Positions 20,600 through 30,441 of a stretch of 64,000 bases of DNA are shown one piece after another. Within the stretch, counting starts at the first letter, position 1, and each line of letters begins with the position of its first letter. Source of the stretch: Tolypothrix sp. VBCCA 56010. Its GTDB lineage: Bacteria; Cyanobacteriota; Cyanobacteriia; Cyanobacteriales; Nostocaceae. The DNA lies in the NCBI RefSeq assembly GCF_050875635.1, contig NZ_JBPAOH010000006.1, positions 49,729-113,728 of the forward strand. Direction: 5' to 3'. A model generated the notes under the pieces. The model had not been told where the DNA came from, ran no database searches, and saw only the letters and a list, made by a program, of their open reading frames with translations. The translations under genes were made by a program, and so were the position numbers.

Positions 20600-21940
20600 T
20601 TACTCACCGGTAATCGACAGTTCATCAATCCAAATTCTCGGACAAACACCTCCGGGTGTTAATTCTGGTTCTTTGTCAACATAAATAATTGACTTGAGAA
20701 CTTGTAGGAAATCGCCTGCAACTGTTGCTGATTCGATACTGGTTTTCACGCCCTTATTGACTAACCAACCATCAAATGGTAGTGAAAAGGAGCCTTGTAA
20801 AGCTTTTACTCCCGCGTGTAAAGCTTGTAGGTCATCAATGAGAATTACATTTTCCGCAGTTTCTAAGCTGTATTCTTCCTCAGAATTTGTACTTGCAAAT
20901 ACATGATAAAAGTTAGGACTGACGCTAACTTTTGCACCAATGCTTGCGTTACCTGTAAGATTGGCGTTCATTCTTTTCGCAGTACCAGCACTGTGGAGAA
21001 AGCCTGTTAAAACACCATTTTCGATTAGCGAAACTCGACGTGTAGGAGTTCCTTCGCCATCAAAAGCTTCCGCACCGATATTAGCTGGATGCAGCGCATC
21101 ATCGCATACAGAAAGTAGAGGGGAGGCTATTTGATTTCCGAGAGAATCAGGGGTAGATAAACTTTGTTTGTCAAGGATACTTTGAGCGTTGAACAAGTTA
21201 GAAAAAGCACTTAGCAAACTCAAGAAAGCTTCTGGTGAGAAAACTACTCGATATTTACCAGTTGTGACTTTTTCATAGTTCAAATGGCTAATTGTTTTAT
21301 CTGCTGTTTCTTTGATGCAACCATTGATGTCTAGGTTATCTAAATTATGGTTGATTCTAAAAGCACCAGCACTACGCGGTTTTTTACCTTCTTCTTCGGT
21401 TTTGCTGTAAAGATATATCGATGCTAAAGAGTGAGATTCGGTTCTAATTGCACCGTTGCTGTTGAGATAGAACCTGTCAATATCTCTTTGCGCTAAACCG
21501 TTATAAGGTACTCCTTTAATAGCCGAATGAACTGATAAAAGTTCTTTTTCAGCTTTGACTAGGCTTTCTATTAGTTGGGAAACTGGTGCTTGATTTGCTT
21601 TCTCGCTCTTATTATTCTCGATGTTGACAGTCGCTTCTGGACTAAAATCGGGGACGTTTTCCCTAACACCGAAGAAACTAGCTTCGTAAGCGGTTTTTAA
21701 AGCTAATTCCAGTCCTTTTGGATCTACATCTGTGGTGCTGGTGACACCCATTGTGTTGTCTTCGTTCCACACTCGAACGGTGACACCAGAGCGATTTGAA
21801 GCTTTAACTTGTTTTGGCTCACCTTGATCTACTTGTACGCTGGTTTCATCTACAGTTGAGCCGTAAATGTCAAATTTATTAATGCCAAGTTTGTTAGCAG
21901 TTTCCTTGGCAGATGTTGCAATTTCGTTGATATTCGGCAT
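20600..21940 (-). CDS. pmbA: PmbA/TldE-family metalloprotease modulator
   Basis: 446 aa paired with the adjacent TldD gene. It has the PmbA-like fold and lacks the HExxxH motif. Confidence 0.8.
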   Translation of the reverse strand: MPNINEIATSAKETANKLGINKFDIYGSTVDETSVQVDQGEPKQVKASNRSGVTVRVWNEDNTMGVTSTTDVDPKGLELALKTAYEASFFGVRENVPDFSPEATVNIENNKSEKANQAPVSQLIESLVKAEKELLSVHSAIKGVPYNGLAQRDIDRFYLNSNGAIRTESHSLASIYLYSKTEEEGKKPRSAGAFRINHNLDNLDINGCIKETADKTISHLNYEKVTTGKYRVVFSPEAFLSLLSAFSNLFNAQSILDKQSLSTPDSLGNQIASPLLSVCDDALHPANIGAEAFDGEGTPTRRVSLIENGVLTGFLHSAGTAKRMNANLTGNASIGAKVSVSPNFYHVFASTNSEEEYSLETAENVILIDDLQALHAGVKALQGSFSLPFDGWLVNKGVKTSIESATVAGDFLQVLKSIIYVDKEPELTPGGVCPRIWIDELSITGE

Positions 21941-22045
21941 AGTCGATTTCTACTTCAAAATTCCATTTGATTTATTTTGAATATTTTGTAGTGAGCGCTT
22001 TAGCGCTTAATAAAGCACTAAAGTGCTTACTACGAGTTAGAGAGG

Positions 22046-23518
22046 TTAGCGTCCGCCTACGGTGATAGAATCTACTTTGATGTGGGGTTGTCCGACTGTG
22101 GTGTAAATGCTGCCACTGACCGAGCCACAAAAACCTGCGGCTAATGATAAATCTTGGGAACACATGGAAATTTTATTCATAATTTCCTTTGCTTCGCCGA
22201 TGAGGATGGCTCCTTTTAATGGCTTGGTAATTTTGCCATTTTCTATTAAATAAGCTTCGTCTACACCAAAGTTAAATTGTCCTGTGGCACCGACGCTACC
22301 ACCACCCATTTTTTTACAGTAAATGCCTTTGTCAATTGAGGCAAATAAATCTTCTGTGCTGTATTCACCAGTCGCGATATAAGTATTTCGCATCCGACTA
22401 GCGGCAGCATAGGTGTAATTTTGGCGGCGTCCGCTGCCGGTTCTGGGGTGTCCGGTGCGCGATGAACCTGTTCTGTCTGCTAAGAAGTTCTTTAAAACGC
22501 CTTTTTCAATTAATAGCGTTCTTTGAGCGGGCATTCCTTCGTCGTCCATGTCAATTGTGCCGAAGGCGTTTTCTGAACGTCCTTCATCCCATGCTGTAAG
22601 ACTTTCGTGGGCAATTTTTTCGCCTTTTTTGTCAGCAAAGGGTGTGGTGTTGCGTTCAATTTGCGTGGTTTCTAAAAGGTGTCCGCAAGCTTCGTGGAAA
22701 ATTACCCCGCCAAAGTGATTGGCCATGATAATGGGGTATGTGCCAGATTCTACGTAATCGGCGTAAAGCATTTTACCTGCTGATTCGGCTATCTGCTCGG
22801 CGGATTGTTGATAATCCCAGGTTCTCAAGAAGTTGGCATCGCTAGTATTACCAGCACGTTCGGCAATGGAGGTACGATTTGCACCATCAGCACACAAAAG
22901 GTTAAAGCCGACAGATTGAGTGAGGCGAATGTCACGGGCAAATGTGCCATCACTAGCAGCGACTAAAACTTCTTGCCAATCGCGGAAGTAAGTGGCGCGG
23001 CGAGATTGAATGTGGTTGGCTTTTCGTTGCAAGTAGGCGGTACTATCAAGGAGGACTTCTCCCATTTCGCGGATGGAACTACATAAAGGTAGCCATTTGT
23101 CTTTGCCTCTTTTGGTGGCGTAGTCTCTGAGTAGTTCGAGGTTGATTTCGGGGATGAAAGCGTTAGCTGCTGGTAGTTGCAATCCTAAGATGGAAAGTCC
23201 TTTTTCTAATGCGGCTTTCAAACCGATAAATGAAAGGTTGTTGGTGCTTACGTAGCAGTCGGCTTTGCCACGAAATACTCTCACTCCTGCACCAGTAGCA
23301 AGACTGGGTGAAATGCTGGTGATAGAATCGTCTTCTGCAAGGCAACTAATATAGTTACGACGTTCTAAGAAGAATTCGATGAAGTCCGCGCCGGCAGCGC
23401 GTCCTAGTCCCAGGAGGATTGCCAGGGGTGCTTCCCAGGTTTCATCGAATCGCTCTGGTGTGGAGGTGTATTGTAAGGTGGGGAGTTGATTGGAGAGAAG
23501 TAGGGTGTTTGTTAGCAT
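22046..23518 (-). CDS. tldD: TldD-family metalloprotease
   Basis: 490 aa with the HEACGHLLE zinc-binding motif. Confidence 0.88.
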   Translation of the reverse strand: MLTNTLLLSNQLPTLQYTSTPERFDETWEAPLAILLGLGRAAGADFIEFFLERRNYISCLAEDDSITSISPSLATGAGVRVFRGKADCYVSTNNLSFIGLKAALEKGLSILGLQLPAANAFIPEINLELLRDYATKRGKDKWLPLCSSIREMGEVLLDSTAYLQRKANHIQSRRATYFRDWQEVLVAASDGTFARDIRLTQSVGFNLLCADGANRTSIAERAGNTSDANFLRTWDYQQSAEQIAESAGKMLYADYVESGTYPIIMANHFGGVIFHEACGHLLETTQIERNTTPFADKKGEKIAHESLTAWDEGRSENAFGTIDMDDEGMPAQRTLLIEKGVLKNFLADRTGSSRTGHPRTGSGRRQNYTYAAASRMRNTYIATGEYSTEDLFASIDKGIYCKKMGGGSVGATGQFNFGVDEAYLIENGKITKPLKGAILIGEAKEIMNKISMCSQDLSLAAGFCGSVSGSIYTTVGQPHIKVDSITVGGR

Positions 23519-23707
23519 GGGTTGCCTTAAAATGCTGGCATTATCAGAGGTTTAACTGAAATATCCTGGTGTGTGTACTCTAGCAAATTTAAGAAAATGT
23601 CTGTGTGAGGTAAGTAAGTAGGTGTAGGTAGGGATGGTACTACCGCCGAACAAGTGGAAGGATATTATTGGTCAATTTGTGTGGGGTTTAGTCCGTTGCC
23701 CTTTAGG

Positions 23708-23842
23708 TAGGGTGTGTTAACGAAGTAACGCACCCGAATTTACTACTGCCTAACTTTACGTAGGGTGTGTTAACGAAGTAACGCACTTGAATTTAGTATT
23801 TAAGTTGGTGCGTTAGGACTATCGTCCGTAACGCACCCTACG
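23708..23842. repeat. MITE-like element with TAGGGTG(T/C)GTTAAC...GTAACGCACCCTA termini and an internal duplication
   Basis: There are two about 29-bp copies of GTAGGGTGTGTTAACGAAGTAACGCAC plus a terminal inverted copy. Related elements are at 56539 and 63248. Confidence 0.55.
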
Positions 23843-23984
23843 TTTATTTACTAAATGTTGTTAGTAATTACGCAAGTGTCACAACGAATCTGAATTAAGC
23901 GTCTTTGCGCTTACTACGTTAGAAAATCACTAGGATTAATAAGGGTATCTATTTAAAATTTTAAAGAAAAAATCTGAAATTAAT

Positions 23985-25448
23985 ATGAATTCGACGTTGC
24001 CTTTGCCCGATCCTCATGAAAGTGATTCTTCTAGTTGGGAGGAAGAACTTGATAAGGCTATTTTCAGTTTTGAAGATATTCAGGCGGAACTTAATTATAA
24101 GCAGGCACAAACGGCATTAAGAAGTTTGGTAACTAAACTTGATTTGACTCCCCAAGAAAAACGCGGACTGGAAGAGGAAATTGGCGATTTAGAAGTTATG
24201 TTGGGCAAGTTAGACCGCATGGTGGTGCAAATTGCGGCTTTTGGAATGGTGGGACGTGGGAAGTCTTCGTTATTGAATGCTTTGGTTGGACAATCGGTGT
24301 TTGAAACGGGTCCTTTGCATGGTGTGACTCGTGCTGCACAGCGAGTTAATTGGAGTATTAGTTCCGAAGCGATCGCTTCTTCAAATCGCGCTTTACGTGT
24401 AACTTTACCTGGAATCGGTCAATCTCAGGTGGAATTGATTGATACTCCGGGTTTAGATGAAGTAGATGGGGAAACTCGCACTGCTTTAGCTGAACAAGTT
24501 GCAAAACAAGCAGATTTAATTCTGTTTGTTATTTCTGGGGACATGACGAAATTAGAACATGAGGCTCTTTCTCAGTTGCGCGAAGCTGGTAAACCAATAA
24601 TTTTGGTGTTTAACAAGGTTGACCAGTATCCAGAAGCCGATCGCATGGCAGTTTACCACAAAGTCCGCGATGAAAGGGTGCGGGAATTACTCTCACCCCT
24701 AGAAATTGTCATGGCAGCAGCATCACCTTTAGTAAAGACTGCGGTTCAACGTGCCGATGGTACTAGGGGAATACAATTGCGTGCAGGTAATGCCCAAGTT
24801 GAAGAACTAAAGCTGAAAATATTAGAGATTTTACACCGCGAGGGCAAAGCTTTGGTGGCTTTGAACACGATGATTTACGCGGATAATGTGAATGAGCAGT
24901 TGGTGCAGCGCAAGTTGATGATTCGCGATCGCGCTGCGAATCAGTTGATTTGGAAAGCTGTCATGACTAAAGCTTTAGCGATCGCTCTCAATCCCGTTAC
25001 AGTGGTGGATATACTGAGCGGTGTAGTTATTGATATTGCTTTAATTCTCGGCTTATCCAAACTCTACGGCATCCCCATGACGGAAACTGGAGCCGTACAA
25101 TTATTACAAAAAATCGCCCTGAGTATGGGCGGTATCGGTGCGAGCGAACTGTTAGCAACTCTCGGTTTAAGCGGGTTAAAAACTTTACTTGGTATCTCTG
25201 CACCCGTTACAGGTGGCGCTTCTTTCGCTCCTTACGTAACAGTTGCGATAACTCAAGCGGGTGTAACTGGTGTTGCTTCTTACGGAATCGGACAAGTCAC
25301 CAAAGCTTATTTGGCTAATGGGGCAACTTGGGGTTCTGATGGACCGAAAGCGGTAATTGGGAAGATTTTGGCAAGTCTTGATGAGACTTCGATTCTCAAC
25401 CGCATCAAGGATGAGTTGCAAGAGAAGATCAAGAGGGGGAAAGGGTAA
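23985..25448 (+). CDS. GTPase-domain protein with a C-terminal DUF697-like membrane-associated domain
   Basis: 487 aa with a P-loop (GRGKSSLLNAL), DTPG and NKVD motifs. The C-terminal half is glycine-rich and hydrophobic. Confidence 0.65.
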   Translation: MNSTLPLPDPHESDSSSWEEELDKAIFSFEDIQAELNYKQAQTALRSLVTKLDLTPQEKRGLEEEIGDLEVMLGKLDRMVVQIAAFGMVGRGKSSLLNALVGQSVFETGPLHGVTRAAQRVNWSISSEAIASSNRALRVTLPGIGQSQVELIDTPGLDEVDGETRTALAEQVAKQADLILFVISGDMTKLEHEALSQLREAGKPIILVFNKVDQYPEADRMAVYHKVRDERVRELLSPLEIVMAAASPLVKTAVQRADGTRGIQLRAGNAQVEELKLKILEILHREGKALVALNTMIYADNVNEQLVQRKLMIRDRAANQLIWKAVMTKALAIALNPVTVVDILSGVVIDIALILGLSKLYGIPMTETGAVQLLQKIALSMGGIGASELLATLGLSGLKTLLGISAPVTGGASFAPYVTVAITQAGVTGVASYGIGQVTKAYLANGATWGSDGPKAVIGKILASLDETSILNRIKDELQEKIKRGKG

Positions 25449-25492
25449 TACCGTTTCACTTGAAAGTTGATACAAATAGACCGCACTCTAGT

Positions 25493-25621
25493 AGGGGACA
25501 AGGAGACAAGGAGACAAGGGGACAGGGGGACAGGGGGACAGGGGGAGTTTGTCTTTTCGTCTTCCTTGTCTCCCCCCTCTCCCCCATCCCCCCATCCCCC
25601 CCTCTCCCCCTCTCCCCCTCT
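25493..25621. repeat. G-rich (GGGGACAAGGAGACAAGG...) / C-rich palindromic repeat element in the convergent intergenic region
   Basis: The two arms are reverse-complementary and fill the gap between the GTPase stop and the multicopper oxidase stop. Confidence 0.75.
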
Positions 25622-25624
25622 TTT

Positions 25625-27142
25625 TCATAACGCTGGTGCTGGAAGTGGTTTTGCTGGTGCTGACAGCGGATCTATCCCATTTTGCGCGACTTCAAACTGA
25701 CTCATCATGTCGTGGTCTTCGTGAACCATGTTATGGCAGTGGTACATGTACTTGCCTATGTTTGGTCTAAACTTGCCAATTATTCTTACCGTTTCGTTTT
25801 CACCAACGTAGAAGACATCTTTCATACCACGTTCATAAGCGAAAGGTGGCTGACCGTTACGGTCAAGAATTTGAGCATCAATTAGGTGAAGGTGAACCGG
25901 ATGAAACCAAAGACCGGAGTTGTTATGCAGTGTCCAAATCTCGATTTGTTCTAATTGGGGATTGGCATCAACTCGGTTTATGTCCCAAACATTGCCGTTG
26001 ATTACCCACAATCGATTACTTTGCTCAAATGTAAAGTCACGCGATCGCACTGCTGAAGATTCTGGGAAAAATTCAATATTGCGTAACGTGCTAGGAATGA
26101 AACTGTTATCGCTCTCTTCACGTACCACATCAAAGCGCATAATCTTATTGGTATCCCCAGTATTATCATTGTTGGGAAGTCCCAAATTTTGCAATACTAC
26201 CTGGGTTCCTATCGGATATTTAGAAAAATCGATTATCAAATCGTAGCGCTCTGCCATCCCGATACGCATCTCTTTGGTATTTACTGGTGCAGGCTTTAAC
26301 CCCGCATCAGTACCGATCGCAATCAAGTCGTCACCCGTACTCAGAGCAAGTTTGTAAGAGCGGGAAATTGATGCGTTTAACACCCGGAAGCGGTACTTGC
26401 GGTTTGCTACCTCCATCCGGGGATAAGGTACACCGTTAACTGTAATCACATCCCCCATCAAACTGTGTTCGGCTTGGTCATCAAAAATTAACGAACCATC
26501 AGCCGCGAATTTTTTATCATGAATGATTAAGGGAATATCATAATCATCCTTGGGAAGTGGCAGATTAAGTTCATTTTCATCTTCGACAATATACATTCCC
26601 ACCAGCCCCATGTACACGTTTCGTGAAGTTTGATGAACTGCGTGGTCGTGATACCACATAGTGGCGGCGTTGATGTTGGGATAGATATAGTCCTTGTAGT
26701 ATCCTTGAGGAATTAAATCTTCTGCGTAGCCATCGTACTGCGGTAGCGATGCCATCCCATGCAGATGAACCACGGTAGGTGTATTAACATCGTTGATAAA
26801 GCGTACAACTGAGGAGCGATTTTTACGTTGTTTAATTGTCGGACCCGGAAATGTACCGTTATAGCCCCAAATTTCTGTCGTTCGCCCTGGTAATATTTCT
26901 ACAATAGCTTTCTGTATTGTTATCTGGTAATAATCAGTTGTGGAATCGCTACGTACAGGATTTAACACTGGTGGGGTGCGAAAGGCAAGTGTAAACGGCT
27001 CGACTTTCTCATCGGTTCTCTGAGCATATCCTCGATGCGGAAAGATTACGGGTAGCAATATAGAACCACCCGCGAAAGCTGCAAACATCAAGGCTTCACG
27101 TCTGCTGATTTTATTCATGGTAGTGTCCCCTGTCTCAAACAC
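25625..27142 (-). CDS. Multicopper oxidase with a Tat signal (true start probably at the internal Met, MNKISRREALMF)
   Basis: It has copper-binding motifs HLHG, WYHDH, HPVHLH and HCHNMVHEDHDMM. The twin-arginine motif is SRREALMFAAFAG. Confidence 0.88.
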   Translation of the reverse strand: MFETGDTTMNKISRREALMFAAFAGGSILLPVIFPHRGYAQRTDEKVEPFTLAFRTPPVLNPVRSDSTTDYYQITIQKAIVEILPGRTTEIWGYNGTFPGPTIKQRKNRSSVVRFINDVNTPTVVHLHGMASLPQYDGYAEDLIPQGYYKDYIYPNINAATMWYHDHAVHQTSRNVYMGLVGMYIVEDENELNLPLPKDDYDIPLIIHDKKFAADGSLIFDDQAEHSLMGDVITVNGVPYPRMEVANRKYRFRVLNASISRSYKLALSTGDDLIAIGTDAGLKPAPVNTKEMRIGMAERYDLIIDFSKYPIGTQVVLQNLGLPNNDNTGDTNKIMRFDVVREESDNSFIPSTLRNIEFFPESSAVRSRDFTFEQSNRLWVINGNVWDINRVDANPQLEQIEIWTLHNNSGLWFHPVHLHLIDAQILDRNGQPPFAYERGMKDVFYVGENETVRIIGKFRPNIGKYMYHCHNMVHEDHDMMSQFEVAQNGIDPLSAPAKPLPAPAL

Positions 27143-27417
27143 TATCTAAACTTTGCTTGTTTGAAAGCAGTCAAAAAATTTTTATCTCAAAAAATAATAT
27201 CAAAAGATATATCAAAAAATGCTAAAGTTTATTCAACTAATAATACTAAGTGTTAACTAGACTTTTTGGAAAGTAGGGAAAGGGGTAGGAAAAAAGCTTT
27301 CTCACGACAGTGGCAAAAAGAATGAGTGCTCATAGGTCTAGTGTTGACTTTTATATTCGTTTTTCTGAGCAAACAGAATTGTTTTATCGGTAAAAGAAAA
27401 GCGATACCTACGGTAAG

Positions 27418-27690
27418 CTACGAAGATCGCTCTTAAAACTCGGAACTTCGTGTTCGGAACTCGGAACTTCGTGTTCAGAACTCGGAACTTCGTGTTCGGA
27501 ACTCGGAATGTCGTGTTCGGAACTCGGAATGTCGTGTTCAGAACTCGGAACTTCGTGTTCCGAACTCGGAATGTCGTGTTCAGAACTCGAAAGTTCGTGT
27601 TCCGAACTTGAAACTTCGTGTTCCGAACTCGGAACTTCGTGTTCAGAACTCGAAAGTTCGTGCTTTGAACTCCAAATGTCAAGTTCTAAA
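27418..27690. repeat. Tandem array of about 13 copies of a 21-bp unit (GAACTCGGAACTTCGTGTTCG and variants)
   Basis: Directly visible. The units are contiguous with no unique spacers, and each contains an internal imperfect palindrome. Confidence 0.9.
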
Positions 27691-27747
27691 CTCAAACACT
27701 AAGTTCAAAGCTCTAAAGTTCAACTTTTGAGATAGAAGTTCCGAGAT

Positions 27748-27822
27748 TTAGGGTTAGGGGTTAGGGGTTAGGGAATAACTTTCGTGCCTTAGTCCCCAGT
27801 CCCTAGTCCCCAGTCCCTAGTA
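27748..27822. repeat. Heptamer arrays GGGGTTA x3 and AGTCCCC/AGTCCCT x4
   Basis: Read directly from the sequence. Confidence 0.7.
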
Positions 27823-27823
27823 T

Positions 27824-29464
27824 TTACCCTTTACTTTTAAAAGAGTTTAACCATTGTTGAACTTGATCGCGGGCAATTTCGCGACCACCGAGACCGAAAG
27901 ATAAGGCAGTAGCAACAGCGATCGCACCGAGTAAAAGTCCAAAGGCTAAGTTGACAATATCACTAGCAACACCAATCTGTTGCAGTGCCATTGCCGAAAC
28001 CAAAGCAATAATCGCAATCCGCGCTACTTGAGCCAAAATCCGTGCTTGGGCATTTCCCGAACTGGCAATGATGCTAAAAGCCAGATTTGCTAAGAACAAA
28101 CCGATGGCAAATACAATCAATCCCGCCAAAATGCGCCCGAATATGACGACTATGCCACTTACCAGTAGCGTGAGTGCGGGAATATTCAAAATATTCACTG
28201 CCGCGACTGTGGCAAATAGCATGATGCCAACTAAAACAACGATACCAACAATTTCCGATGGAGTTCGGGCTGGGGGAAGTGCTTCTGTGTCTGCTGGATA
28301 TGTGGTGCGTCTGACGGGAGTTGGCAGACCTAAGACAGAGAAGATGTTGTTAAAGCCGATACTTGTGAGGATGTTGGTAACAAGTTCGCCCACAAATCGC
28401 CCGACGAAATAAGCAATAATCAAAATGGCGATCGCGGTGAAGATCGCAGGTAAGGCATTCAGAATTTGCTGCAACATGGCGATCGCCGGTAAGGAAATCG
28501 CGTCAATTCGCAAAGCATTCAGGGAGGCGATCGCAACCGGAATCAAAATCAACACATAGACAATCGTGCCGATAATCGACGATAAAGATTGCGCTCCGGC
28601 AGTAGACGAAAGTCCAAAGCGTCTCCCCAAATCATCAATTCCAGTTGCTGCCAGTAAGTTGCTGACAATCCGTCGCACTATATTAGCCACAAACCAGCCG
28701 ACAACACCAATCAACACCGCCGCTAAAATATTCGGCAGAATTGAGATAATCTGCGTTACCAGACTTTGTACTGGTTGTAAAGCCTGCTGTAACCCCAAAG
28801 TATCCAAAATTGGAATGAGAAACAGCAAAAAGATGAACCAATATAAAGCGTTGCCAATCGTCTCACTCAGAGACAATTGATTGAGATTTGGGACGGCATC
28901 TTGTGTTTCCGGTGGATTCAAACGCTCATCTAGCCGCAAAGCGCTGAGTCCGCGTATGGTTATCAGCTTAACGAGGCTAGCGACTAACCAAGCTATTAAA
29001 AGGATGACTCCCGCAGCTACTAACCTGGGTAAGAACTCACCAATTTGTTCGAGAAAAGAATTAAGCGGTTGAGAAGCGACTCTCAACTCTAAAGTATCTA
29101 ATACAGCAACTATGGTTAACAGCAGGATAGACCAAAAGACCAAGCCGGCGACAAATTTCTCCACTTGGACTGTATCGCTACCAGTCAAACCAGCGGCAAT
29201 ACGGTTATCTATTTTAGTGCGATTGAGAATGCCGCGTACTAATGCCGCAGCTCCTGCCGCAATCAGCCAGCCAAGCAGTAAAATTACTGCTGCCCCCAGC
29301 AACCTAGGTAGAAATAGAACTACCTGCTGGACACTTCCTTGCACATAATTGACTGCATTTGATTGATCTGGTGATAGGGTTGGCGACTGTGCCAAAAAAT
29401 CTTGCACCCTCATCAACAAACCAAGTTCCATCACCTGGGTTATTCCTTGCCAAGTTGTATTCAT
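27824..29464 (-). CDS. Integral membrane protein built from five internal TM-helix repeats (conserved-TM-helix / MscS-associated type)
   Basis: 546 aa with five repeated segments of the form LPxL(L/V)aA(v)ILLiGW(l/f)vA. Confidence 0.6.
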   Translation of the reverse strand: MNTTWQGITQVMELGLLMRVQDFLAQSPTLSPDQSNAVNYVQGSVQQVVLFLPRLLGAAVILLLGWLIAAGAAALVRGILNRTKIDNRIAAGLTGSDTVQVEKFVAGLVFWSILLLTIVAVLDTLELRVASQPLNSFLEQIGEFLPRLVAAGVILLIAWLVASLVKLITIRGLSALRLDERLNPPETQDAVPNLNQLSLSETIGNALYWFIFLLFLIPILDTLGLQQALQPVQSLVTQIISILPNILAAVLIGVVGWFVANIVRRIVSNLLAATGIDDLGRRFGLSSTAGAQSLSSIIGTIVYVLILIPVAIASLNALRIDAISLPAIAMLQQILNALPAIFTAIAILIIAYFVGRFVGELVTNILTSIGFNNIFSVLGLPTPVRRTTYPADTEALPPARTPSEIVGIVVLVGIMLFATVAAVNILNIPALTLLVSGIVVIFGRILAGLIVFAIGLFLANLAFSIIASSGNAQARILAQVARIAIIALVSAMALQQIGVASDIVNLAFGLLLGAIAVATALSFGLGGREIARDQVQQWLNSFKSKG

Positions 29465-29811
29465 AGTTTTCCCAAATTAAGGTAAACTGTTATTTCCAAA
29501 ACACGTCAGATTCTTCTGGCGTGTATTGTATAGCACAAATATACATGCCAGTTAAGTTACCAGTGTTTTGCCTATAAATCTACCAGTAAAATCATATATA
29601 GAGTTGACATCAAGAGTATTTTTTTTATCTGCTTGGTTGACAACTCGTTTTGTGAAATTACTAGTGCCAAAACAGTAAAATATCACTGATTTTGGCGTCG
29701 TTGTATATATTTTTATTTCTAAAGCTGAGTTGGCTTTAGGATTGATTTAGTGTGTTGGCAGCGCTAAATATAGCGTTATTGTAAGTGCAGCAATAGCTTC
29801 AAAGATGTAAA

Positions 29812-30267
29812 ATGTCTTCTGTTTTTGAACAATCAATTCAAATTAATGCTACAGCGACGGTGGTTGAGAGATGTATTACTGATTTAACTCTCATGCACCG
29901 TTGGCTTAATCCTGCCCTGCGTTGCGAACCTGTGGGGGAAACTTGGAGTAGCGATAATGGTAGTAAAAGCAAGTTTGTGATTCAAATACCGATAATAAAA
30001 CCGACATTAAATAGCACAGTTGTCGAAAGACAACCGGGTTTGGTAGTGTGGGAGTTTGACGGTTTTTTCACCGGACGCGATCGCTGGGAATGTCAACCAG
30101 TCGAACAAGGAACGCGTCTAGTTAACCGCTTTGAATTTGAGATTCCCAACCCGATAATTAGCTGGGGCTTCAAAACTTTCGCCGAACCCTGGACAAAAAA
30201 AGACATGCAAGAACAACTGCAACGACTTAAAAGAGTCGCGCAAGAAGTACAGCAAGGCTTTCGGTAA
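29812..30267 (+). CDS. SRPBCC (START/Bet v1-like, polyketide cyclase-like) family protein
   Basis: 151 aa. The size and secondary-structure pattern fit the family, but I see no catalytic motif. Confidence 0.55.
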   Translation: MSSVFEQSIQINATATVVERCITDLTLMHRWLNPALRCEPVGETWSSDNGSKSKFVIQIPIIKPTLNSTVVERQPGLVVWEFDGFFTGRDRWECQPVEQGTRLVNRFEFEIPNPIISWGFKTFAEPWTKKDMQEQLQRLKRVAQEVQQGFR

Positions 30268-30276
30268 GAGTAGAAA

Positions 30277-30441
30277 GTGGGGAGATGAGGGAATGGGGGG
30301 AGTGGGGGAGTGGGGGAGTGGGGGATGGAAAGACAAGGGGACAAAAAGACTTGGAGACAAAAAGACTTGGAGAATAATTCTTCTTTCCCCCTATCCCCCA
30401 TCTCAAGAACTCTCCCCACTCCCCCACTCCCCCACTCTCCC
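30277..30441. repeat. G-rich (GGGGAGT x4) / C-rich (CCCCACT x3) palindromic repeat element
   Basis: It belongs to the same family as 25493 and 49287 and abuts the stop of the minus-strand gene at 30442. Confidence 0.75.

Noticed and set aside
25467-25770. ORFs 25467..25700, 25549..25770, 30293..30517, 30310..30513 and 49280..49510 inside G/C-rich repeats
   Set aside because: They are low-complexity translations of palindromic repeat elements located in intergenic 3' regions.
27418-27690. Possible CRISPR array
   Set aside because: The repeats are 21 bp and directly contiguous with no unique spacers. No cas genes are nearby. It is a minisatellite, not CRISPR.
27338-27702. Three overlapping ORFs (114, 95 and 64 aa) with periodic protein sequences
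   Set aside because: They are translations of the 21-bp tandem repeat in three frames and are not credible proteins.
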